DNA of 64,000 bases from Planctomycetota bacterium. GTDB lineage: Bacteria > Planctomycetota > UBA1135 > UBA2386. The stretch lies in NCBI GenBank assembly GCA_965223545.1, contig OZ245006.1, positions 7,200,001 to 7,264,000 on the forward strand. Reading direction: 5' to 3'. The translations under genes and the position numbers were made by a program. Below are positions 7,991-17,187 of the stretch, one piece after another. The notes beneath the pieces were generated by a model. The model ran no database searches. It was not told where the DNA came from and was given only the letters and a program-made list of their open reading frames with translations. Position 1 is the first letter of the stretch; each line of letters begins with the position of its first letter.

Positions 7991-10603
7991 ATGCAGTGCG
8001 ATACGCGTGTCTGGTCCGTTCTGGCGGCTGCGGCTGCCCTGCTCTCGCCCGGCGCGCTCGCCCAGCGCCAGTTCGCCGAAGAGAGCCACCTGAAGAGCTA
8101 TCTGCCAGCCGGGGGAGGCCTCACTTACGACTACGTCGCTTTCGACGTCGACGGTGATGGCGATGTCGATCTGGTCGAGGCGACGTCATCGCAGAACCGC
8201 CTCTACTTGAACGATGGCGCCGGCATCTTCACCGACGTCTCCTCCCAGCGGATGCCGAGCGGTCGCGACACGTCGACGTCGGTGGCCGCAGGAGATGTCG
8301 ATGGCGACGGTGACGTCGACCTGCTGTTCGGCAACGCCGTCAACTCCGTCCGCCAGAACCGGCTCTACCTGAACGACGGAAGTGGTCGTTTCGAGGACTT
8401 CACCACGGCGCGCATGCCTGCGGATGCCGAGCAGACGACGGCGGTCGAGCTCGTCGATGTCGACGGTGATGGCGATCTGGACGCGCTGATTGCCAATTCC
8501 GAGTTCGGGGCCGGTCGCAACCAGCTCTACCTGAACGATGGCGCTGGTACCTTCGTCGACGTCACCACGACGCACATGCCGGAGGATTTCGACGCCTCGA
8601 CGGCCCTGGCAGTCGGCGATGTCGACGGCGATGGCGACGCCGACGTGGTCGTGGCCAACAACACGTACTTCGGGCCTGGTGGTCAGCCAAACCGCTTGTA
8701 TCTGAACGATGGAAGTGGCCGGTTCACGGACGGTAGCACCGGGCGGCTGCCGGCCGAGCAGAACTTCTCACGGAGCGTCGCACTCGGCGACCTCGACGGG
8801 GACGGCGACCTCGATCTGGTCGTCGGCAACTCGACCCGCTTCAGCGGCAACAACCGGCTCTACCTCAACGACGGCAACGGCGTGTTCGGCGAGGCGCCGC
8901 CCGGCCGGCTGCCCTTGGTGGCGACCTTTCGACCAAACGTCCTCCTCGTCGACGTCGACGCGGACGGCGATCTCGACATGCTGTGGGGCGTGTCCGGTCA
9001 GGGCCTGCTGTTCCTCAACCAGGGTGGGGTCTTCGATGACGCGACCGCGACTTGGTTGCCGCCGATCAGCGGCACGACCGGTGCGCTGGCCGCCGCCGAC
9101 GTCAACGGCGACGGTCGCGTCGACGTCGTCTTCGGCAAGGACTCGGTGGTCGGCGACAACCAGCTCCTGCTGCAGAGCGGCGCCGGTCGCTTCATCGACA
9201 CCAACGTGCCGCGGTTCAACAACCGCCGCGGCGGCAACGTCGTGGCGGCGATCGACGCCGATGGGGACGGCGATCAAGACCTCGTGGCGGGCGGCTTCTC
9301 CACCAGCGGCGCGGTCACCTACAACGATGGCAACGGCGTGTTCCGCGTGGTCCCCGGTAGCTTCCCCGGCGTGGCGACTACGGCCATGGACATCGCCATC
9401 GCCGATGTCGATGGCGATGGTGACCCCGACGTCGTGTTCGCCAATTTCCAAGGGACGAATCGGCTGTTCCTCAACAATGGTGGTCGCTTCACCGATGCCA
9501 CCGTCGGCCGCTTGCCCCCCGATGCCGATGACAGCTTCGGCGTCGCGGTCGGCGATGTCGACGGCGACGGCGACGTCGATCTGCTGTTCGGCAACGGCGC
9601 TGGGGACCTCGACCGCCTCTACCTGAACGATGGCGCGGCTCGGTTCACCGATGTCACCGGGGCGCGGATGCCGTTCGAGTTCGAGACCACGCGGGCCGTC
9701 CGCCTGGCAGACGTGGACGCGGACGGTGATCTCGACTGCGTCCTCGCCTCTTGGGGGCAGACGCGCTTGCTCCTCAACGATGGCGAAGGCACGTTCGCCA
9801 ACGCCACCGCGGGGCGCATGCCGGTGGACACGGAGTTCTCCTCGGGGCTGACGATCGCCGACATCGACGCCGACGGCGACGCCGACTTGCTGATCTCGAA
9901 CTCGGTGGGGTCGGGGCCCGTGGAGGAAAACCAACTCTACGTCAATGACGGCATGGGCAACTTCACCGACGTGAGCGCGGCGCAGCTGCCAACCACCGGT
10001 GAATCGACCGCGCGGATCGAAATCGGCGATGTCGACCTCGATGGCGATCCCGATCTGCTGCTGGTCAACCCTCGGGGTACCGTTCGCCTGCTGCTCAACG
10101 ATGGCGGCGGAACGTTCACCGACGCCACCGATTCGCGTTTGCCGAGCCGGCGGGCGTCGGCGGCGTCGGCGGCGCTGGCCGACTTCGACGGCGATGGCGA
10201 CCTCGACTACGTGCTCGGTGCGCTCGATCGGCTGTTCGTCAACCGGCACCGGCAGCTGAGCGCGCCGCTGTTCGCGGGCCCGTCGCGCGGCTTCGAACTG
10301 GTGTTCCACGCGGAGCCCGGCTACGCCAACGCGTCGCACACCGCGATCCCGGCGCTCTCTCTTTCGCTTGCACCAGCGCCGCTGGTGCTGTCGCCGTGGG
10401 GGCGGTTGTACTTGTCGCCGACCGCGCTGATCCCGCTGCCACCGGTGTTGATCGACCAGGTGACCGGAACGGCGCAGCTGAACGTGCCGGTGCCGCCCTT
10501 GCCGGCGTTGGCCGGTCGAGCGCTGTTCGGGCAGGCCCTGATCGTCGATGGCGCCACGGAGCGGGCCCGGTTCACCAGCTACACGGCGGATCTGTTCCTC
10601 TGA
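7991..10603 (+). CDS. Secreted FG-GAP/VCBS repeat protein
   Basis: Signal peptide followed by more than a dozen DVDGDGDxD...NRLYLNDG Ca-binding repeats. Confidence 0.88.
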   Translation: MQCDTRVWSVLAAAAALLSPGALAQRQFAEESHLKSYLPAGGGLTYDYVAFDVDGDGDVDLVEATSSQNRLYLNDGAGIFTDVSSQRMPSGRDTSTSVAAGDVDGDGDVDLLFGNAVNSVRQNRLYLNDGSGRFEDFTTARMPADAEQTTAVELVDVDGDGDLDALIANSEFGAGRNQLYLNDGAGTFVDVTTTHMPEDFDASTALAVGDVDGDGDADVVVANNTYFGPGGQPNRLYLNDGSGRFTDGSTGRLPAEQNFSRSVALGDLDGDGDLDLVVGNSTRFSGNNRLYLNDGNGVFGEAPPGRLPLVATFRPNVLLVDVDADGDLDMLWGVSGQGLLFLNQGGVFDDATATWLPPISGTTGALAAADVNGDGRVDVVFGKDSVVGDNQLLLQSGAGRFIDTNVPRFNNRRGGNVVAAIDADGDGDQDLVAGGFSTSGAVTYNDGNGVFRVVPGSFPGVATTAMDIAIADVDGDGDPDVVFANFQGTNRLFLNNGGRFTDATVGRLPPDADDSFGVAVGDVDGDGDVDLLFGNGAGDLDRLYLNDGAARFTDVTGARMPFEFETTRAVRLADVDADGDLDCVLASWGQTRLLLNDGEGTFANATAGRMPVDTEFSSGLTIADIDADGDADLLISNSVGSGPVEENQLYVNDGMGNFTDVSAAQLPTTGESTARIEIGDVDLDGDPDLLLVNPRGTVRLLLNDGGGTFTDATDSRLPSRRASAASAALADFDGDGDLDYVLGALDRLFVNRHRQLSAPLFAGPSRGFELVFHAEPGYANASHTAIPALSLSLAPAPLVLSPWGRLYLSPTALIPLPPVLIDQVTGTAQLNVPVPPLPALAGRALFGQALIVDGATERARFTSYTADLFL

Positions 10604-10668
10604 CTCCGGCCTCCGATCGGCAACAAGTTCTGGAACGCGGGCCGCCCGGCGGCAACGATGCGCCGCCG

Positions 10669-11310
10669 ATGGTCTCCGCCACCGAAGCGCTGCAACGTTT
10701 GATCGCCGGCAACCGCCGGTTCGTCGCCGACGCTCCTCAGAGCGCGGGCTTCACCAGTGCCGCGCGGCGCGCCCAGCTCGCCGGAGGTCAGCAGCCGTTC
10801 GCCATCGTGTTGGGTTGCTCGGATTCGCGAGTGCCGGCCGAGATCGTCTTCGACCAGGGCTTGGGCGACCTGTTCGTCATTCGCGTCGCCGGCAATGTCG
10901 TTGCGCCGTCGCTGGTCGGCAGCGTCGAATTCGCCGCCGAACAGTTTGGCACCCGGTTGGTGGTCGTGCTCGGTCATTCGCGTTGTGGCGCGGTGATGGC
11001 CACTCTGGCCCAGATGGAGCAGTCGGAACCTGCGTCGCCGCCGTCGGCCAACGTCGGCTCGATCGTCGACCGCATCCGGCCCGCGCTGCTGCCGCTGCGC
11101 GGTGCGCCCGCCGAGGATGGCGACGCGGCCTTGGCGGCTGCAGTGCGCGCCAACATTCGCGCCTCGGCCGACCACTTGCGGCACGGCTCCGCCGTCCTCG
11201 AGCGGTTGATTGCCGAGGACGGCTTGCTGGTGGTGGGCGCGGAGTACGAGCTGGGAACCGGCGAAGTGCAGTTCTTCGACGGCGTGCCGGCCGGAGTCGG
11301 GCCGGCGTGA
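10669..11310 (+). CDS. Beta-class carbonic anhydrase
   Basis: Zinc-binding and family motifs GCSDSRVP, GDLFVIRVAGN and VLGHSRCGA. Confidence 0.95.
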   Translation: MVSATEALQRLIAGNRRFVADAPQSAGFTSAARRAQLAGGQQPFAIVLGCSDSRVPAEIVFDQGLGDLFVIRVAGNVVAPSLVGSVEFAAEQFGTRLVVVLGHSRCGAVMATLAQMEQSEPASPPSANVGSIVDRIRPALLPLRGAPAEDGDAALAAAVRANIRASADHLRHGSAVLERLIAEDGLLVVGAEYELGTGEVQFFDGVPAGVGPA

Positions 11311-11684
11311 GCGTGCCGGCAGGCCGTTGGCTGCTCGGCGCCGCCGTGGGGACGGCGGTCGGGGTCGCAATCTACTGGCTCAGTTTACGCAACGGGATCC
11401 ACGTGCTCGTCGCAGTCGGCGCCGGGCTGGCGGTGGGGGCGCGGTTGGGCACTCGCGACCGCAGCATCGCGCGCGGCGTGCTGGTGGCCGTCCTGGCAGT
11501 GGTCGCGAGCATCCTCTGCGAGTGGTGGTTTCGACCGTTCTCCGCCGACGGCTCGCTCGGCTACTTCGTGCGCCACCTCGGTGACCTGTCGGCCAACTCG
11601 ATCGCGTCGCTGATCGGCGCCGCAGCGCTGGGCTTGTACTTCGGCAGCGGCCGGCACGCGCGCCCGCCATCGCCGACTCATTGA
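11307..11684 (+). CDS. Small integral membrane hypothetical protein
   Basis: GTGA overlap with the carbonic anhydrase stop; about four hydrophobic helices. Confidence 0.7.
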   Translation: MSVPAGRWLLGAAVGTAVGVAIYWLSLRNGIHVLVAVGAGLAVGARLGTRDRSIARGVLVAVLAVVASILCEWWFRPFSADGSLGYFVRHLGDLSANSIASLIGAAALGLYFGSGRHARPPSPTH

Positions 11685-11699
11685 CGCGCCGAGGCGAGC

Positions 11700-11731
11700 C
11701 TTCAGCTCTGGAGCTGGAGGTTGGTGGGAGC
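11700..11731 (+). repeat. Degenerate 32-bp direct repeat, copy 1 (copy 2 at 14003-14034), containing a hairpin
   Basis: CTTCAGCTCTGGAGCTGGAGGTTGGTGGGAGC versus CCTCAGCCTTGGAGCTCGAGATTGTTGGGAGC: 26 of 32 positions match by eye. Confidence 0.5.
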
Positions 11732-11805
11732 CGTTGAGCCCGGAGGATGCGGAGCGCGCGCACCCTCGGCCTCTGGATCGAGAGCAGCGGGGCCGCCCGC
11801 AGCTC

Positions 11806-13838
11806 GCCGAGTAGCCGCGGGGGGTTGCCCCCCCGCAGCTCTCACAGAACCGGACTTGTGGGTCACACATCCGGCTCTTCAGGACGGTATCCCCCAAAGG
11901 GGCCGCCAGTCGTAGCGGCGCTCGTCCCAGAGCTTGGAAAGCGACACCAGCCGCTCAGCAAACCACTGATTGGGATAAGCGCGTTTGATCGCTCCCGAGT
12001 TGCTCTGCCACCACGTGCCACGCCGGCCAAACGCGGTGCGTGCAGCCGACTGCCAGCTGCACCCACGGGCGACAAGGTCTCGGAAGAGGTATCGCGGTCT
12101 CTTCTTCTGCCGAATGATGATCGCCCGCAGGCGTCGTCGAATATGGCCATCGAGATTCCGCAAGGTCCGCCACGCGGCCTTCGTGATCAGCTTGAAGTAG
12201 CCGATCCAACCACGGAGGTAACGGTTCAGTCGTTCGATGCACCAGGACAGCCGACCACCCCAGGACCGCGGCGTAAGCTCACGGATTCGGGCGTCGATGC
12301 GATCCAGAGTGCGACGGGACAACTGCACCGTCAGCCAGCCCTTTCGAGTTGCGCCTACGCGAAACCCGAGGAAGTGCCGGCGATGGGCCAGGTCGACGGA
12401 ACTCTTCGCTTCGTTCACTTTCAGTCGCACGCGACGTTCGATGAACCTGCGAATCGAAGCCATGACCCGGTGTCCTGAGCGCTCGCTACCGACGTAGATA
12501 TTGCAGTCGTCGGCGTAGCGCACAAAACGCAACCCGCGTCGTTCCAACTCCCAGTCCAGTTCGTCCAGGACGATGTTGGACAGCAGAGGTGATAGCGGGC
12601 CGCCCTGGGGCGTTCCTTCTTCCGTGATGACGCGGGTGCCATCTGGAAGAACCACGTTCGCTTTCAGCATCAGGCGGATGATCCGCAGCACCCGACGGTC
12701 CTTCACCTTCTGAGCCAGCCGGTCCAGGAGGCGTTGGTGATGGACACGGTCGAAGAACTTCTCCAAATCGATGTCCACCGTGTACCGCCGACCCTGCTTC
12801 ACGTAACCCGCTGCTTCGGCGATCGCTGTGTGGGCTCCCCGCCTCGGCCGGAAGCCGTGGCTGCTGTCGTGGAACGTCGGGTCGTAGATCGGCTCCAGAA
12901 TCTGGCGCACGGCCTGTTGGACCCAGCGGTCGATCACGGTTGGAATCCCGAGACCCCGCTGCCCACCACTGGGCTTCGGGATCCACACCCGACGAATATC
13001 GCCGGGCGCGTAGGTCTCCATGAGCAGAGCATCGCGGAGTTTCGGGAGCAGGTGTTTCGCATGACGCTTGACCTCTGACACCGTCTGTCCGTCGACGCCC
13101 GGGGCGCCCTTCTTGCTTACGACATGTGCCAGTGCGCTTCGCAGGTTGCCCTGCTCCGCGACCAGCTCCAGCAGATGGCAGTAGCCGTCCGCTGGCGGCG
13201 GAGCCGATTCCGATCGATGGCTGCAATCCGTCGTAGGCACCGACGTGGACTTCGTGGCAGATTCGTCTGCCCTTCCGGCCACGCCGTCCCCTTGCGGGCT
13301 CTCGGCGAAAGCGAACTGCAGTTGCCGTGGTTTCGGCTTTCTCATCCTGTCACCCCCTTCGCTCCACCGGCATTACCCGGCTTCATCACTACTACGGGGT
13401 GATCCGACTTCTCTGCATGCCTTGGTGGGTCGTCGTTGCCTCCTCCCCACCTACCGCTCGAAGCGGACACACAGAGATCTCCCTGGGTAAGAACGCAGAG
13501 TTTCGCGCCGCCGCCGGTTCCAGTACTCCGAGGTCGCGACTGGATATCGGGCGTCACGTTGGATGGCACGCTGACCCAGACCTCGAGAGCCTTACGGAAC
13601 TTCGCTTTCGCTCGGTGCTGCGCTGCGTCTAGGGCTTCCATCCCACACGACCTCGCGGGAACAGCACGGCACGGTGTCCGTCCTGTTCTGGCATCCCGGA
13701 TCAACACCGCGCACCGCCCTCTCGGACGGCACACGGCTCCCCTTTCTGCCTCGTGCAGCTGCCTTCGACTCATGGTTTCCTCCAGTACGGATCCATAAAG
13801 AACTTTCATCTTCAACTCTGCGCCCATGCCAGGCGCAA
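11806..13838 (-). mobile_element. Group II intron (class C/IIC-like), about 2033 nt, apparently complete
   Basis: 5' end TTGCGCCTGGCATGGGCGC. Short domain V GAGCCGGATGTG-TGACC-CACAAGTCCGGTTC. Domain VI CTGCGGGGGGCAACCCCCCGCGGCTACTCGGC. Removing this span restores a continuous palindrome. Confidence 0.88.
11879..13345 (-). CDS. ltrA: Group II intron reverse transcriptase/maturase, no endonuclease domain
   Basis: Motifs GAPGVDG, IPKPSGGQRGLGIPTVIDR, DIDLEKFFD, GTPQGGPLSPLLSN, RYADD and maturase LRGWIGYF. No HNH at the C-terminus. Confidence 0.95.
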   Translation of the reverse strand: MRKPKPRQLQFAFAESPQGDGVAGRADESATKSTSVPTTDCSHRSESAPPPADGYCHLLELVAEQGNLRSALAHVVSKKGAPGVDGQTVSEVKRHAKHLLPKLRDALLMETYAPGDIRRVWIPKPSGGQRGLGIPTVIDRWVQQAVRQILEPIYDPTFHDSSHGFRPRRGAHTAIAEAAGYVKQGRRYTVDIDLEKFFDRVHHQRLLDRLAQKVKDRRVLRIIRLMLKANVVLPDGTRVITEEGTPQGGPLSPLLSNIVLDELDWELERRGLRFVRYADDCNIYVGSERSGHRVMASIRRFIERRVRLKVNEAKSSVDLAHRRHFLGFRVGATRKGWLTVQLSRRTLDRIDARIRELTPRSWGGRLSWCIERLNRYLRGWIGYFKLITKAAWRTLRNLDGHIRRRLRAIIIRQKKRPRYLFRDLVARGCSWQSAARTAFGRRGTWWQSNSGAIKRAYPNQWFAERLVSLSKLWDERRYDWRPLWGIPS

Positions 13839-13912
13839 CATCACCATCAGCGCCGGTCCAAGACGAGGCACAGGGTGCGACCGACGCCGATGGTGACGGA
13901 GCTGCGGGCGGC
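13839..13912. repeat. Long palindrome (intron target); the rest of its left arm lies at 11792-11805
   Basis: GCCGCCCGCAGCTC|CATCACCATCAGCGCCGGTC, a 20-nt loop, then GACCGACGCCGATGGTGACGGAGCTGCGGGCGGC. Confidence 0.85.
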
Positions 13913-14120
13913 GGTCCCGGTTCGTGGTGCTTGGATGTGCCGCTTCGACTGAAGGTCGCGGCATCGAAAGAGCGCGTTTCATCGCGAAACGGTTCGCACT
14001 CGCCTCAGCCTTGGAGCTCGAGATTGTTGGGAGCAGGAGTGCGTGCGATTCACCGGCCGGTTTCGCGGATTGTCGGATTCTTGCATGCTGACTTCCTTTT
14101 GAGTAAGGTCGCTAATTCAA

Positions 14121-14819
14121 ATGACGGGCAAGGCAGTTCGATCGGGGCGCGGGGGACGACGCCGTGGGGTGGTGCAGGGCGAGCTGCCGTTTCGGCAGTG
14201 GGGTGGGGCTCGGGAGGGGGCTGGGCGGCCCAAGGTGAGTGATGAGACGGTGCCGCACTTGGCGCGGGGGGTGTTGGTGGCGCGGTATCCGTTGCACTTG
14301 ACGGTGCGGTTGCGTCGGGGGTTGCCGGGCTTACGGAATGCGCGGACGTACTGGATGTTGGTGGAGCGGATCCGGGCGGGGTGTGGGCGGTTCGGGTTTC
14401 GGTTGGTGGAGTTCTCGGTGCAGCGCGATCACTTCCACCTCTTGGTGGAGGCGAAGGACCGGGAGGCGTTGACGCGGGGGATGACCGGGCTGTTGGTGCG
14501 GATGGCGCGGGGGTTGAACAAGCTGTGGGGGCGCTCGGGGCGGGTGTTTGCCGAGCGGTTCCACGAGCGGGTGCTGCGCTCGCCGACGGAGGTGCGGCGG
14601 GCGTTGGTGTATGTGCTGCAGAATGCTTGGCATCACCGGCAGCGGCCTCGGCAGGCGATCGACGTCTACTCGTCGGGGCCTTGGTTCGACGGGTGGCGTG
14701 AGGTGGTGGAGCTGTCGGAGCCGGTGGCGCGGCCGACGGTGCGGGCGCGGACTTGGCTGCTGAAGGGTGGATGGCGGCGATCGCGGGGGCGGTTGGACTT
14801 CCGCGAGCGGCCGGCGTAG
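14121..14819 (+). CDS. HUH Y1 transposase, REP-associated tyrosine transposase (RAYT)-like
   Basis: Motifs PLHLTVR, FSVQRDHFHLLVEA (HUH), GRVFAERFHERVL and LVYVLQN (catalytic Tyr), with a basic N-terminal WGGAREGAGR. No TnpB follows. Confidence 0.85.
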   Translation: MTGKAVRSGRGGRRRGVVQGELPFRQWGGAREGAGRPKVSDETVPHLARGVLVARYPLHLTVRLRRGLPGLRNARTYWMLVERIRAGCGRFGFRLVEFSVQRDHFHLLVEAKDREALTRGMTGLLVRMARGLNKLWGRSGRVFAERFHERVLRSPTEVRRALVYVLQNAWHHRQRPRQAIDVYSSGPWFDGWREVVELSEPVARPTVRARTWLLKGGWRRSRGRLDFRERPA

Positions 14820-15065
14820 AGCCCGGAGTCCGGGCAAGTCCTTCATCAACACTGGCGCGCGCGACCGAGCGCGACGACGTCGAGGGTCGGTTGGTCGAGA
14901 AGTTCGCGTGGCCTCTGGGCGCGCCGGTCGTGACCGCTCCGTGAGACGCGGCGCCTTCGGGCAGGGAAAGGTGTCCGCTGCCCGGCTATCCCGCTGCTAC
15001 GCGATTAGGTCGCAATCGCCCGCCCCCCGGATGGAGTCTGATCAGTGGCGACGGTGCTGGCGGCG

Positions 15066-17177
15066 TCAGCTCTCGCCGAACCAGCGCGCCAACCAACCGT
15101 GCAGCTCCTGCCAGAAGTAACGCGCCTCCGCGCCGTTCATGATCCAGTGGTTGGCACGGTGGAAGACGAGCAGTCGGCTCTCGACCTGTTGGCGCTGTAG
15201 CATGGACCACATCCCCAGCGTCTGGTTGAGCGGCACGCGATAGTCGCGTTCGCCGATCGTCAGCAGCATCGGCGTCCGGAAGTTGCCGGCATACGTGGCT
15301 GGGCTCTGCTCGCGCCAGATCGGGTCGCCGGCCCACGGCGGGCCACCGAGGTTGCGCTCGCGGTGATAGATCACGTCGCTGGTGGCCCACTGTCCCTCGA
15401 GCGATGCCAGGCCCGCGTGGGATACCAGACAGCGGTAGCGCTCGGTGGTGGCCTCCAGCCAGTTGGCCATGTGGCCACCGTAGCTGGCGCCGAGCGCGGC
15501 CTGACGGGTTTCGTCGACGAAGGCGAAGCGGGTGATGGCAACGGTGGCCGCTTCGTTGATCTCCGCGCACGGTGTGCGCAGGGGATCGCCCTGGATGGCC
15601 CGCGAGAACGCCTCCCCGTAGCCGACCGACCCGGTGTAGTCGGGGGCCACGACGACGTACCCAGGTGCGGCGAGGAGCTGCATGCTCCAGCGGATGTGTC
15701 CTTGGTCGAGCGACGACGAGTGTGGGCCGCCGTGCATCATCATCACCAGTGGGTAGCGCTCGGCCTCGTCGAAGGCCGGCGGCAACGCCATCCAGCAGTG
15801 GATCTTGCGCCCCGCGCTGCTGTCGAACCAGAACTCGCGAAACGGCTGCCAATCGAGCTCTGCCGCGCGGTCGCGGTTGAACGTGGTGAGGGGTGCCTTA
15901 CTTCCGTCATCGCCGTCGACCTGCACGATCTCCGCGGGCGCGGCCGAGCCCTCGTAGCGCGTCACCAGCACGGTGCGGTCGGCGGACACCGACAGGCCGG
16001 AATGCACTCCGCGGGAGCTCGGATCCAGCAATCGTGGCGGTCCGTCGCCCGCCCGCCAAGTGAACAGGCGGCGGCGGCCGTGCTCGGTGGCAATCCAGAA
16101 GTAGGCCGTGCCGCCATCGCCGGTGCCCGCGGCGAAGTCGTGGATCGGGCGATCGAACTCTCCGGCCAACACCTGCCAGCCGTCCGGATCGGCGGGCCAG
16201 GCACAGCGCGCCAACCGCGGCAGGTTGTAGACGAATTCGGTCTGCTCCGTGCGCATCGCCACCAGCGCGCCGTCCGGCGCGAACTGGGGTGCGCTCCAGG
16301 ACGCGCCGTCCGGCGTCAGCCGGCGCGGTGCGTCACCTTCGCGCGACGCAAAGTACAGGTGTGATGGCGTGTGCGCGTGCGCCGCTTGGTGCCGGTTCGC
16401 GGTCGCGGCGAACACCACGCCACTGCCGTCCGGCGCCCACTCCGGCGCGAGACTGCTGCCGTCGTACCCCGGCCCGCGTACCAGCGCGGTGCCGTGCAAC
16501 AGATCGCGTGGCTCCCCGGCGTTGGCGCCGTCGTCCAGCTCGAGGACGAAGGGCCGCTTCTGCGTGTCGTCCAACCAGCGGTCCCAGGCCCGCACCGGAA
16601 AGTGGTCGTAGGCGGTGGCGTGCACGTCGCGCTTGGCGCGGCGTTCGGCTTCCGCCTTGTTCTCGGCATCGTCGGCGGCGGCGGGAAACACGGTGCTCTC
16701 GAACGCCAACCAGCGGCCGTCCGGGCTCCAGATCGGCGCGGCGGCGCCGGTCGACAAGGTCGTCAGCCGCCGTGCTTCGCCCGGGCCGTCGAGCGGCAGC
16801 AGGTAGAGCTGCGGCTTCTCGTCGTCCCCGCGCTTGGCGGAGAACACCACGGCGCTGCCGTCCGGCCGGATCGCCGCCCCGGTCTCGGCGGCCGCAGTGC
16901 TCGTCAGCCGTCGCGGCGCCGGCGCGCCGCCCGCGGTCGACAGCAGCCACAGATCCGACTGCGTCTCATCGGCGTCATAGCTCGGCTCGGTGACCGACAC
17001 CACGACCCGACGGCCGTCGCGGCTCAGCACAGGAGACCCCAAGCGCCGCATCAACCAGAGATCCTCGTGGCTCATCGGCCGGACAGTCACTCCGGCGGCT
17101 TGCGGTTCGGCCTGAGCGGCGATCGCGCCGTGGGCAACAACCGGCAGGAGGGCGAGCAAAACGAAACGGCATGTCAT
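15066..17177 (-). CDS. S9 family (prolyl oligopeptidase/dipeptidyl aminopeptidase-like) secreted peptidase
   Basis: Signal peptide, WSPDG propeller repeats, HGGP, GASYGG nucleophile, GERDYRVP and ANHW. Confidence 0.92.
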   Translation of the reverse strand: MTCRFVLLALLPVVAHGAIAAQAEPQAAGVTVRPMSHEDLWLMRRLGSPVLSRDGRRVVVSVTEPSYDADETQSDLWLLSTAGGAPAPRRLTSTAAAETGAAIRPDGSAVVFSAKRGDDEKPQLYLLPLDGPGEARRLTTLSTGAAAPIWSPDGRWLAFESTVFPAAADDAENKAEAERRAKRDVHATAYDHFPVRAWDRWLDDTQKRPFVLELDDGANAGEPRDLLHGTALVRGPGYDGSSLAPEWAPDGSGVVFAATANRHQAAHAHTPSHLYFASREGDAPRRLTPDGASWSAPQFAPDGALVAMRTEQTEFVYNLPRLARCAWPADPDGWQVLAGEFDRPIHDFAAGTGDGGTAYFWIATEHGRRRLFTWRAGDGPPRLLDPSSRGVHSGLSVSADRTVLVTRYEGSAAPAEIVQVDGDDGSKAPLTTFNRDRAAELDWQPFREFWFDSSAGRKIHCWMALPPAFDEAERYPLVMMMHGGPHSSSLDQGHIRWSMQLLAAPGYVVVAPDYTGSVGYGEAFSRAIQGDPLRTPCAEINEAATVAITRFAFVDETRQAALGASYGGHMANWLEATTERYRCLVSHAGLASLEGQWATSDVIYHRERNLGGPPWAGDPIWREQSPATYAGNFRTPMLLTIGERDYRVPLNQTLGMWSMLQRQQVESRLLVFHRANHWIMNGAEARYFWQELHGWLARWFGES

Positions 17178-17187
17178 GCCGCCATCT

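Noticed and set aside
11879..13345. RT as a retron, DGR or defence RT
   Set aside because: It has group II intron RT0 and maturase motifs and is embedded in recognisable intron domains V and VI and a 5' end.
14121..15060. IS200/IS605 element with TnpB or an omega RNA
   Set aside because: No TnpB or IscB ORF is adjacent, and the protein looks like a stand-alone RAYT.
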